In this document: positions 48,597 to 57,184 of the stretch, one piece after another
Numbering within the stretch: position 1 is the stretch's first letter
Layout: each line of letters begins with the position of its first letter
Assembly (NCBI GenBank): GCA_016929645.1
Contig: JAFGIK010000003.1
Location: forward strand, 6,913-70,912
Direction: 5' to 3'
Length of the DNA stretch: 64,000 nt
DNA from: Candidatus Dojkabacteria bacterium
GTDB taxonomy: Bacteria > Patescibacteriota > Dojkabacteria > SC72 > JAFGCJ01
Notes under the pieces: generated by a model
Told to the model about the DNA's origin: nothing
The model's input: the letters and a program-made list of their open reading frames with translations, nothing else
Database searches by the model: none
Translations under genes and position numbers: made by a program

Positions 48597-49747
48597 TCAT
48601 TATTTTGTACAAATTTAACGATTTCTTCAGGCGTAATTCCTATTGCAGGTCTAAACATTTCTCTTATTTGAGTGTTCTTTTTAAAATTGTTTCTTGCGGT
48701 ATCTGTGTCAGTGCTTCGTTTAAATAATCCCGAAACTATTTCATCGTTGATCAATCGAGCCATCTGACCAAGAGCTGATTCAACATAGATGATTTGCTTT
48801 TTGTGGCTGATATTTTTTAGTAGCGAATGCCGATCAAGCGGTCTGAGTGTTATTGGTCGCCATAGCCCTATTTTCATTCCTTCTTTGCGCAATGAGTTTA
48901 TTGCATCTTTTGCCGCTGTCGCAACTATTCCATGAGCAATTATTAAAACATCAGCGTCTTTTGCTTTATATGTTTCTGATTCCGCGATCTCCAAAGAATC
49001 TCTCTCAAAATCTTTTTGATAATTATTTATAATTTCATTCATCTCTTCTTCCTGGTCATAGCAATTCCTCATATTTGTTGATATTCCTTTTTTTCTGTTT
49101 TCTCCAAGAAGAATAGGAGATGGTTTGGTGTAAAAATTTTTATTCATTTCTTTAATTACTACCTCTCCTTGCATTTTGCCTTGATATCCATCAGATAGTA
49201 CGAATGTTGGATATCGATATTTCCATGCAGTATTGAATGCTTTTATTGTATAGTTGTAAACTTCTTGAAGTCCTGATGGGGAATAAACTATTCTAAATCC
49301 TTCTCCATTACCACCAAAACAAGTCAATGTTACTTCTTCTTGTGAATAAATTACTGTTGATGTTGAAAGACCTCCTCTTTGGACAATTAAAGCAACCGTT
49401 GGGATTCTTAAAGCTTCCGCTGCTGAGAATGCGTCCTGCATTAAGATATTTCCTGGTCCTGCTGTAGCAGTAAAAGCTTTCTTCCCTGCAAGACATGCAC
49501 CTGTGACTGCAAAGCCTGAAGCCATCTCATCTTCTAATTGAAGATAGCCTATTGGCTCGTTTGTTATTGGACTTTTATGGGGCTTGTCAGGGTCTCCGGT
49601 CAATTCAACCCAAGTTTCAAATATCTCTGAGGAAGGAGTTATTGGGTAACCAAAGAAATTTGTAGCGCCTGCATTAAGAGCAGCATAGGCAGATATCACA
49701 TTTCCTTGTAAAAATTGTTTTTCTTTTTTTTGACTGGGTTCTTTCAT
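48593..49747 (-). CDS. 2-oxoacid:ferredoxin oxidoreductase alpha subunit
   Basis: GYPITPSSE, QLEDE, TATAGPG, QRGG, RPITLRP. Confidence 0.93.
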   Translation of the reverse strand: MKEPSQKKEKQFLQGNVISAYAALNAGATNFFGYPITPSSEIFETWVELTGDPDKPHKSPITNEPIGYLQLEDEMASGFAVTGACLAGKKAFTATAGPGNILMQDAFSAAEALRIPTVALIVQRGGLSTSTVIYSQEEVTLTCFGGNGEGFRIVYSPSGLQEVYNYTIKAFNTAWKYRYPTFVLSDGYQGKMQGEVVIKEMNKNFYTKPSPILLGENRKKGISTNMRNCYDQEEEMNEIINNYQKDFERDSLEIAESETYKAKDADVLIIAHGIVATAAKDAINSLRKEGMKIGLWRPITLRPLDRHSLLKNISHKKQIIYVESALGQMARLINDEIVSGLFKRSTDTDTARNNFKKNTQIREMFRPAIGITPEEIVKFVQNNE

Positions 49748-49860
49748 TAATTTGAGGGCAAATTTGGAATAATTCCATTTAATATCAATAAGACTTAACT
49801 GTCAAATTGAACAAATGGTTGCCTGTTTGATCGTTAATCTGTGATAAAATACTTTTTACT

Positions 49861-50979
49861 ATGAAGATAGCAATTGTAACAGATTCAATGGCTGCATTCG
49901 GTGGTTCGGATAGATATTTGTTGTCTCTGCTGAAAGCTTTCCCTGAAAGTGAACTCTACACATCGATTTATGACCCAGATATATACACAACTTGCAACTT
50001 ACCAAAGGTTCATTCGTCATTTATTCAGAATTTACCGTTCAATAAATTCTGGAAACGGCACTATACCGTTATTTCACCAATGGCTTTCGAGATGTTTGAC
50101 TTTTCGAAATATGATCTTGTGATAAGTTGTTCTGCTGGTTGTTCAAAAGGCGTGATCACTTCTCCTGATACACTTCATGTCGGAATAGTATTTACACCTC
50201 CAAGATATCAATGGGGTGGGGATCCAAATACGAAAAGAGTTAAGTTCAGATCGATCTATTCGTTTTTTATGCCACTTGTAGACCATTACCTTCGCATTTG
50301 GGATTTTGAAGCAGCTAAAAGACCAGATTTTCTTGTAAGTATTTCAAAATATGTTGAGTCCAGAGTTGAAAAATATTATAAACGTGATTCGAGTGTGATT
50401 TATCCTGGAATTAATACGGATTTTTGGAAGCCAATAATTCAGCACGATAAAGAAAATCAAACCTGTAAAGGTAAAGAAGATTTTTTTGTTATCGTTTCAA
50501 GATTATTCGAATACAAACGCATAGATTTGGCTATTCAGGCATGTAACAAGTTAAATAAGAGGCTTGTAATAATTGGTACTGGACCTGATGAAAATTACTT
50601 GCGATCTATAGCTGGTGAAAATGTATCATTTTTAGGGTTTCTCGACGATGAACTAGTTAGAGATTATTTTCGTAGGGCTAAGGGATTTCTTTTTTGTGGA
50701 CTTGATGATTTTGGTTTAACTCCTGTTGAAGCTATGGCTTGTGGTACTCCTGTAATAGCTTATAATAAAGGTGGAGCAACGGAAAGTGTTGTTGATGAAG
50801 TTTCTGGAATTTTGTTTAATAATCAAACAGTTGAAGATGTAGTAGGTGCAATTAAAAATTTTGAAACAATTAAATTTAACTCTCAGGAAATAATCAGTAG
50901 AGCTCATGTTTTCTCTGAAAAAGTATTTATCAAAAATATAAGGAACTATATTTATGGAAAACTTAAAAAAAACAAATAG
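49861..50979 (+). CDS. GT4 family glycosyltransferase (WbaZ-like)
   Basis: GGSDR, SRLFEYKRIDL, DDFGLTPVEAMACG. Confidence 0.9.
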   Translation: MKIAIVTDSMAAFGGSDRYLLSLLKAFPESELYTSIYDPDIYTTCNLPKVHSSFIQNLPFNKFWKRHYTVISPMAFEMFDFSKYDLVISCSAGCSKGVITSPDTLHVGIVFTPPRYQWGGDPNTKRVKFRSIYSFFMPLVDHYLRIWDFEAAKRPDFLVSISKYVESRVEKYYKRDSSVIYPGINTDFWKPIIQHDKENQTCKGKEDFFVIVSRLFEYKRIDLAIQACNKLNKRLVIIGTGPDENYLRSIAGENVSFLGFLDDELVRDYFRRAKGFLFCGLDDFGLTPVEAMACGTPVIAYNKGGATESVVDEVSGILFNNQTVEDVVGAIKNFETIKFNSQEIISRAHVFSEKVFIKNIRNYIYGKLKKNK

Positions 50980-52129
50980 TATAGGTTCTGGCAAATTGAA
51001 TGTCAGTAATCTAAAAAAACTTAAAGTCGCTTTAGTTGATGATTTTTTAACTGTTGATGGTGGTGCGCAAAAGGTTTTACGGGCAATGCATGAAATCTGG
51101 CCAGACGCTCCGGTTTATACAACAACTTATTTTCCAGATAAGTTCCATCCCAAACTTGAAGGTTGGGACATAAGACAATCATTTGTTTCTAAGTTCCCGT
51201 TTCGAGAAACTTTTGAAAATCAGTACAAGCTTTTTTATCAACTTGCTATGGAGCAATTCAAGTTTGATGGCTATGATCTTGTTATTAGTAGTACATATGC
51301 GGGTTATGCCAAGGGTATAATTGTTCCGGAATCTACTTTGCACTTAAGTTATATTCATACTGTTCCCCGTTACTTGTGGAAACTTCCAACACAAAGACAT
51401 GAAAAACTAAATCCAATTTATAAGAATATAATTCTTCCTCCTCTGGAACATTTTTGGAGAATATGGGACAGGCAAACTGCAGACAGACCTGATTATCTTA
51501 TTAGTAACTCGAATCTTGTACAGAGCCGAGTCAAAAAGTTCTATAGAAGGGACTCTTTTGTCATTTATCCTCCAGTTGAAGTTGATGATTTAGCTAAAGT
51601 ATCCAATAGCAAAGAAGATTATTTCGTGTATTTTGGGCGGCTTGAAAGTTACAAAAAAGTTCATTGGGCTATTAAAGCATGTATTCGGGCCAGGTCGAAA
51701 TTAAAGATAATTGGAGATGGTACATATCTCTCTGAGCTTGAAAGTCTTGTAACAAAGATGAAAGGACAGAAGTATGTTCAATTTCTTGGTAGAACATCTG
51801 ACAAGGTGCGTAACGATGTTGTTTCTAAGGCAAAAGCTTTTATATTTCCTTGTCCTACTGAAGATTTCGGTATTGTCCCTGTAGAATCGATGGCACTTGG
51901 TACCCCTGTTATTGCTTTTAAATCTGGTGGAGTTATGGAAACAGTAGAGAATGGAAAGACAGGGATATTGACAAGTGATATCTCTGTAAATGGACTTGTC
52001 GAGGCAATAGAAAAATTTGACGCTGATAAATTTAGGCCAGAAATTTGCAGAAAAGTTGCGTTGTCGTTTAGTAAAGAATCGTTTACCAACTGCTTATTGA
52101 ATTTTGTAGGTTCAGTATATGGTAAGTAG
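50954..52129 (+). CDS. GT4 family glycosyltransferase (WbaZ-like paralog)
   Basis: GGAQKVL, GRLESYK, EDFGIVPVESMALG. Confidence 0.9.
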   Translation: MENLKKTNSIGSGKLNVSNLKKLKVALVDDFLTVDGGAQKVLRAMHEIWPDAPVYTTTYFPDKFHPKLEGWDIRQSFVSKFPFRETFENQYKLFYQLAMEQFKFDGYDLVISSTYAGYAKGIIVPESTLHLSYIHTVPRYLWKLPTQRHEKLNPIYKNIILPPLEHFWRIWDRQTADRPDYLISNSNLVQSRVKKFYRRDSFVIYPPVEVDDLAKVSNSKEDYFVYFGRLESYKKVHWAIKACIRARSKLKIIGDGTYLSELESLVTKMKGQKYVQFLGRTSDKVRNDVVSKAKAFIFPCPTEDFGIVPVESMALGTPVIAFKSGGVMETVENGKTGILTSDISVNGLVEAIEKFDADKFRPEICRKVALSFSKESFTNCLLNFVGSVYGK

Positions 52130-52778
52130 TTTAGCTTATCCTTATTTGAAAAGACTTCTTGATATTGTCGGATCTCTTGTTGCTCTGTTTTTCCTCTCCC
52201 CCTTATTTGCTTTAATTTCTTTGGTGATCTGGCTTGATGGAACAGGTGGACCGATCTTTGCTGAATCTCAGAGTAGGGTCGGCTTAAGAGGAAGTTCTTT
52301 TAACATGCTAAAATTTCGAACAATGGTGCCAAATGCACATGAACTATTACATTCAAATTCTGAATATGACTATTTGTTGAGATTAATGCATCAGAATGGT
52401 GGAAAAATTAAAACCGAGGAAGATCCACGAGTTACAAATCTGGGCAAATTCTTAAGAAAATGGAGTCTTGATGAATTGCCGCAGTTTATCAATATTTTTT
52501 GGGGAGAAATGAGTCTTGTTGGTCCACGCCCATATTTTCAATATGAGCTTGAAGATTTGAATAGAAAGTTGCTAAACGGTAAGACTTTAGTTGACGGAGT
52601 ATTATCTGTGAAACCTGGATTAACAGGATTGTGGCAGGTTTCTGGTAGAAATAATCTTGGATTGAAGAAGCGTATTGCGTTGGATTTCTCATATTCTTAC
52701 AATAAATCTATACTATATGATATTAAATTGTTATTAAAAACTCCTGAAGTTGTTATCACACGTGATGGTGCGTGGTGA
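52119..52778 (+). CDS. Priming sugar transferase (polyprenyl-phosphate glycosylphosphotransferase)
   Basis: KRLLDI, KFRTM, DPRVT, SLDELPQ, MSLVGPRP, KPGLTGLWQV. Confidence 0.93.
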   Translation: MVSSLAYPYLKRLLDIVGSLVALFFLSPLFALISLVIWLDGTGGPIFAESQSRVGLRGSSFNMLKFRTMVPNAHELLHSNSEYDYLLRLMHQNGGKIKTEEDPRVTNLGKFLRKWSLDELPQFINIFWGEMSLVGPRPYFQYELEDLNRKLLNGKTLVDGVLSVKPGLTGLWQVSGRNNLGLKKRIALDFSYSYNKSILYDIKLLLKTPEVVITRDGAW

Positions 52779-52782
52779 TATT

Positions 52783-52833
52783 GAGACCGAGACTGAGGTT
52801 CATTAGCTTTTAATGAACCTCAGTCTCGGTCTC
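52783..52833. repeat. 23-bp perfect inverted repeat
   Basis: gagaccgagactgaggttcatta-gcttt-taatgaacctcagtctcggtctc. Confidence 0.9.
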
Positions 52834-52853
52834 CACCTTTTGAGTTAAAAATC

Positions 52854-53390
52854 ATGGCTGTTTATCGGGATGAGGTTGCAATCCTAAAATCAAGAGATAT
52901 TAACGAATATGACAAGATCGTTACGTTATTTGGCCGTTGGCATGGCAAGTTTAGTGCCATTGCAAAAGGTGTTCGAAGGCTTTCAAGCCGAAAGCGAGGC
53001 CATCTTGAGACTTTTAATCTTTGCCGAGTCAGTTGTGCCCAGGGTAAGAGTCTGGATTTAATTCTTGAGGCACAATCGTACTTTTCCATTGATACCAAGG
53101 ATACAAAATATGATGAATATGAAAGGGTTGGGTTTGCAGGTTTTGTTGTAGATAAATTTGTCCCTGACAATGTGCAGGAGGGTAAGATTTTTGATATGTG
53201 GACTGACTTTATTCAGGGGCAACACGGCAAGACCGAGACTATCGATTTTATTCTAAATATCCTTTTGTTGCAGGGTTTTGTAAGCGAAGAAAATATCGAA
53301 AAGTTGAGACTCGGTCAGGTGAATCAAGTGAATCAGCTGACCTTTGAAAAAATAAAGTTATTTGTTCAAAAAATTATCCATGAAATTTAG
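52854..53390 (+). CDS. recO: DNA repair protein RecO (short form)
   Basis: AILKSRDINEYDKIVTLF, GKFSAIAKGVRR..SR OB-fold; 178 aa. Confidence 0.85.
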   Translation: MAVYRDEVAILKSRDINEYDKIVTLFGRWHGKFSAIAKGVRRLSSRKRGHLETFNLCRVSCAQGKSLDLILEAQSYFSIDTKDTKYDEYERVGFAGFVVDKFVPDNVQEGKIFDMWTDFIQGQHGKTETIDFILNILLLQGFVSEENIEKLRLGQVNQVNQLTFEKIKLFVQKIIHEI

Positions 53391-53545
53391 TTTTTACTGT
53401 GATTTTAGTTGAGAATTGATGTTTTGTTTGCTTGATTTCGTTACCTTTGATATGTTTTGCCATAAATGCTTTTCTGCTTTATAATTGCTTTGTTACCAGG
53501 TTTACTGCCTGTTTGCTTCATTATACAAACGAAAAGTCATTTTTC

Positions 53546-53618
53546 GGGCGCGTAGCTCAACTGGCAGAGCAAGCGACTCTTAATCGCTAGGTTCAGGGTT
53601 CGATTCCCTGCGCGCCCA
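53546..53618 (+). tRNA. tRNA-Lys(CTT), CCA not encoded
   Basis: Acceptor GGGCGCG/CGCGCCC, anticodon stem AGCGA/TCGCT with loop CT-CTT-AA, T-arm CAGGG-TTCGATT-CCCTG. Confidence 0.96.
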
Positions 53619-53784
53619 AGGGAAAAGAGATCAAAATTGATCTCTTTTCCCTTGAAATGTATGTAATCGAACAAGTTCGTAGGGACGTATCCCGAGAGCG
53701 AAGCGATCGGAAGATACGACCACATGCAATTCAGAGACGAGTGTAATGAGTCCTGAATTGATTCCCTGCGCGCCCAAGGGAAAA
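53602..53784 (+). mobile_element. Gene-less tRNA-anchored structured element with 25-bp direct repeat
   Basis: gattccctgcgcgcccaagggaaaa at 53602-53626 and 53760-53784; 17-bp perfect hairpin 53617-53654; GCGAAGC mini-hairpin. Repeats are seen directly; mobility is inferred. Confidence 0.65.
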
Positions 53785-53926
53785 ATTTCATACGAATCTC
53801 TAAATCATATTAAAATTCACGGAAAATATTCATTCCTAGTTTTACTTAATATTCCAAAAACTAATAATTAGTCGAGCAATTATTTTTCCGTTTTGTGTGG
53901 TTGTTATTTGATAAATATATCTAACA

Positions 53927-54619
53927 ATGCTTGAATCCAACGAATCTTTTGACTGGTTACAAATTGGCTTACAATCTGGTCCTATGACTGAGGTTACGTC
54001 TGCTATACGTGCTGTTTCTTTGGGGATTGGTGGTGAGGGACTTCAATTTATTGAGAATGCCTGCAAATATATTCATTTAAACTTTGCAACTCCGAAGGAA
54101 AAGCCTGACAAGATGAAAAGAACAGCTGATGAAATTTTATCTGGGGCACCTGATCCGTCAATTGGTAATAAAAAACCGATTGCACATTGTACCGAGTGGG
54201 GTAAGTTGTTGAGGACGATTTTTCTTGCAAAAGGATATCCAACAATATGGGTAAATAGTATTCCTGAGGATTGGATACGAGCAGAAGGAGAATGGTCAAA
54301 TCCTGATAATTACAGTAATCATGTTTTTCTTGATATTTATGTAAATGGTGGATGGGTTACATTGAATACCACAGGGGCTCCCGATCTTGAAAAGGGGCTT
54401 ATCCGAAGAGGTGCAACAGATAATGAGAAATATTACTTAGACACTAATGCCGGTCGAACTTATTATAGACCGTACATGAGAGGTTTAGATCATATGCATG
54501 CATGGACTCCAGATGAACGACTAATTAGCTCATCGGATAAGAAGCAATGGCATATTTTTATTAATCATGAATTTCCTGAACGGATTGAGCGCTTGGAGAG
54601 AAACCCAGTAGATTATTGA
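53927..54619 (+). CDS. Transglutaminase-like domain protein
   Basis: RTADEIL, HCTEW (Cys), NHVFLDIY (His), WVTLN (Asn at the usual Asp position). Confidence 0.65.
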   Translation: MLESNESFDWLQIGLQSGPMTEVTSAIRAVSLGIGGEGLQFIENACKYIHLNFATPKEKPDKMKRTADEILSGAPDPSIGNKKPIAHCTEWGKLLRTIFLAKGYPTIWVNSIPEDWIRAEGEWSNPDNYSNHVFLDIYVNGGWVTLNTTGAPDLEKGLIRRGATDNEKYYLDTNAGRTYYRPYMRGLDHMHAWTPDERLISSSDKKQWHIFINHEFPERIERLERNPVDY

Positions 54620-54810
54620 GTTTGTATTTTGTGTAACTTTGTTCACAAAAAGACTTGTTCGGATTAAAATTTCATATAGGAAAATCGAAAACACTGATAT
54701 ATAAACAATTTTCGAAAACTATAACAAATTAATTTCTGTAAAGATCCCTTTTCCTTATCCATCCTACCGAATTTGCTATAATTACCATATAAATTTATGC
54801 TATATCTTTT

Positions 54811-55812
54811 ATGAAAATCATCCGGACAATTTGTCAGTTCAAGAAAGATTCTAAAGACCTTGAACTAGATCGAATTTCTCAGATTGAAATGAAATTACAG
54901 CAAATAGGTTTTACAATCCAAACTAAACGTGTTTGTCATGCTGGTAATTTCGGGGAATGTGAAAATCTTTCTGCTGATATCATGGTCAGTGTTGGTACCA
55001 AAAAACTTGAGTATGTAAAAACTAACATCAATGACTTCTTTAAAACACGGGATAACTTTAATATTGAACTTTCTTCAGAAAATATTGATATTACGCATGT
55101 GGAAATTTTATTTGAGATAATTAAAAATGCACCTCATAAAACTTTTAACTTTACTTATGTATTTAACAATACGCCTTCAAGTCCATATATGCCGTCAGCT
55201 CAATATGCTCGGGATGGATTTGCGATTGGTCTGCAGCCGACAGATCTTGCAAAAGAGGCAAGAAATCTGAACGAGTGGCTTGATATTTTAAAAAATACAT
55301 ATAACGAAATTAATGATGTGCTTTCAAATGATAACGATTACTTAGGAATTGATACATCAATTGCTCCACTTTTTGAAGGGGATTCATCACTTATTAATAT
55401 TGTTAACCGATTTTGCAAGGGTGGATTTGAAGCATCTGTTACGACTAATTTTTACACAAGGATTACAAATTTTATTAAAAATCAGAATGTTAAGACTATT
55501 GGACTTTGCGGCATTATGTTGCCATGCCTTGAGGATTTTGAGCTTGCAAAAGAATATGAAAAAGGCAATTTTAACATAGAGCGAAATATTTACTTATCAT
55601 TACACTCAGGTCTTGGTATTGATACATATCCAATTGGTGTAGATGAATCTCCTGATAGAGTTCTTGATATTTTGAAATTAATACAAGCGTTATCAAATAA
55701 ATATAAGAAATCATTATCTGTAAGATTTGTTTCAGACGGGGTGGCAAAAATTTCTGAAAAATCAAATTTCAAGAATCAATATCTATACGACGTAGTCATT
55801 AAAGGTCTTTAA
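54811..55812 (+). CDS. DUF711 family protein
   Basis: QTKRV, GIDTSIAP, GLCGIMLPCLED, GLGIDTYP, LSVRF. Confidence 0.75.
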   Translation: MKIIRTICQFKKDSKDLELDRISQIEMKLQQIGFTIQTKRVCHAGNFGECENLSADIMVSVGTKKLEYVKTNINDFFKTRDNFNIELSSENIDITHVEILFEIIKNAPHKTFNFTYVFNNTPSSPYMPSAQYARDGFAIGLQPTDLAKEARNLNEWLDILKNTYNEINDVLSNDNDYLGIDTSIAPLFEGDSSLINIVNRFCKGGFEASVTTNFYTRITNFIKNQNVKTIGLCGIMLPCLEDFELAKEYEKGNFNIERNIYLSLHSGLGIDTYPIGVDESPDRVLDILKLIQALSNKYKKSLSVRFVSDGVAKISEKSNFKNQYLYDVVIKGL

Positions 55813-55862
55813 TGTGAATATATGCTTGGAGAGGCGAGCGATAGAAGGGTCTTTTTAACCTT

Positions 55863-55893
55863 CCCACGAGTATTCAATCAGAATACTCGTGGG
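55863..55893. terminator. 13-bp perfect hairpin between convergent genes
   Basis: cccacgagtattc-aatca-gaatactcgtggg; no clear U-tract. Confidence 0.55.
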
Positions 55894-55912
55894 TGGAATA
55901 ACAGATTACGAA

Positions 55913-56953
55913 TTACTCTGCATTATCATATAAATTTTCAATCTCTTTGCTTGATTTCTCAAGATCTGTCAGTCGGTCAAGATAATCAATATATGTATTA
56001 TCAAGATACTCATAAAGACTATCAGATAAATCTTGCAACCCTGTGTCATAATTATCGTTAGCAGTGGATTCTTCTTCAACTATGGCATTATATGCATTTG
56101 CATCTTGATTCTGTAATGCTGTTTTCTCTCTCTCGTAAAAAGAAATCCAGGTATTTAAATGGTCAATATATTGTTGTACCCAATCAAGGTAAACTTGTTT
56201 GTGATCATCGGTCTGGGATGTCGAGTCGATATTCTCAACATCTGTTTTTAATGCTTCCATCTCTGCAAGTTCATCTTTTGTAGCTTGCATTTCAGTATCT
56301 ATTTCCTCTATGGTTGCTCGATCACTGTCATAATACTGTTCATATGTAGCAGCAATTTCATCGTATTTTGCATCAATAAGTAACATCTCACTGTAATATT
56401 TTGTATATTCCTTATAATCGCTAACTAGAGACTCTGCATCATCGTAATATGAGGTTAATGCCGAATCAAGTTCGTCAACTGAGCTTGGTGCCGAATCTGG
56501 AATATTATCCTTAGCATCTTTTATGTCACTAAGTAATGTGTCGGCATCTTTACTAATTCCGACTAAAATCTCGCTTTGTTCTGTGTATGATTCAGAAATT
56601 TCCTCATATTCAAATACATAGTCTAGCTCATTGTCAATTACGGTTGTTATGTCAGCATTTACTTGATCAAAATCATCCTTGGTTGCATCGATATACTCAC
56701 TTTCCGTTACTGATGTTCCAAAAGTTGAACTTCCCCCAGTTTGCGTGAGTAGGAGAAATCCTCCTGTAATACAACAACAAAGAAGAAGTAAAGCCCCAAC
56801 AACAACCAGAACAATTAATAATGTATTGTTCTTTTTCTGTGGTTGTGCTGAAGTTGTTGATGCTGTCTGAGTTGCTTGTGGTGAAGCAGTCTGACTTGTA
56901 CTTGAAGTTGGTACATTAATTGTACCTGAATTTTGATTTGGAGCAGATTCCAT
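55913..56953 (-). CDS. Membrane-anchored helical/coiled-coil protein
   Basis: S/T/Q-rich N-terminus, TM containing LLLCCC, acidic helical ectodomain. Confidence 0.7.
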   Translation of the reverse strand: MESAPNQNSGTINVPTSSTSQTASPQATQTASTTSAQPQKKNNTLLIVLVVVGALLLLCCCITGGFLLLTQTGGSSTFGTSVTESEYIDATKDDFDQVNADITTVIDNELDYVFEYEEISESYTEQSEILVGISKDADTLLSDIKDAKDNIPDSAPSSVDELDSALTSYYDDAESLVSDYKEYTKYYSEMLLIDAKYDEIAATYEQYYDSDRATIEEIDTEMQATKDELAEMEALKTDVENIDSTSQTDDHKQVYLDWVQQYIDHLNTWISFYEREKTALQNQDANAYNAIVEEESTANDNYDTGLQDLSDSLYEYLDNTYIDYLDRLTDLEKSSKEIENLYDNAE

Positions 56954-57184
56954 TTCTTATTATATTAATTTTAAATATATTAAATTTTAATTAACTAAAA
57001 TCAGTATAAGGTATTAAATGAATTACGTCTATAATACTTATGTAGATGTAGGCTTTTTGTAATTTGAAAAACAAGATTGTCATAAATTTGTTTTCATATA
57101 GAGTTGTCTCCATATAATTAGTCATCTTGTTGTTTTTATGCTAATAATAGTTATATTAAAAAATTAAATTCACATGTGATATTT

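Noticed and set aside
53537-53791. 84-aa minus-strand ORF
   Set aside because: It is antisense to tRNA-Lys and its element; a typical shadow ORF.
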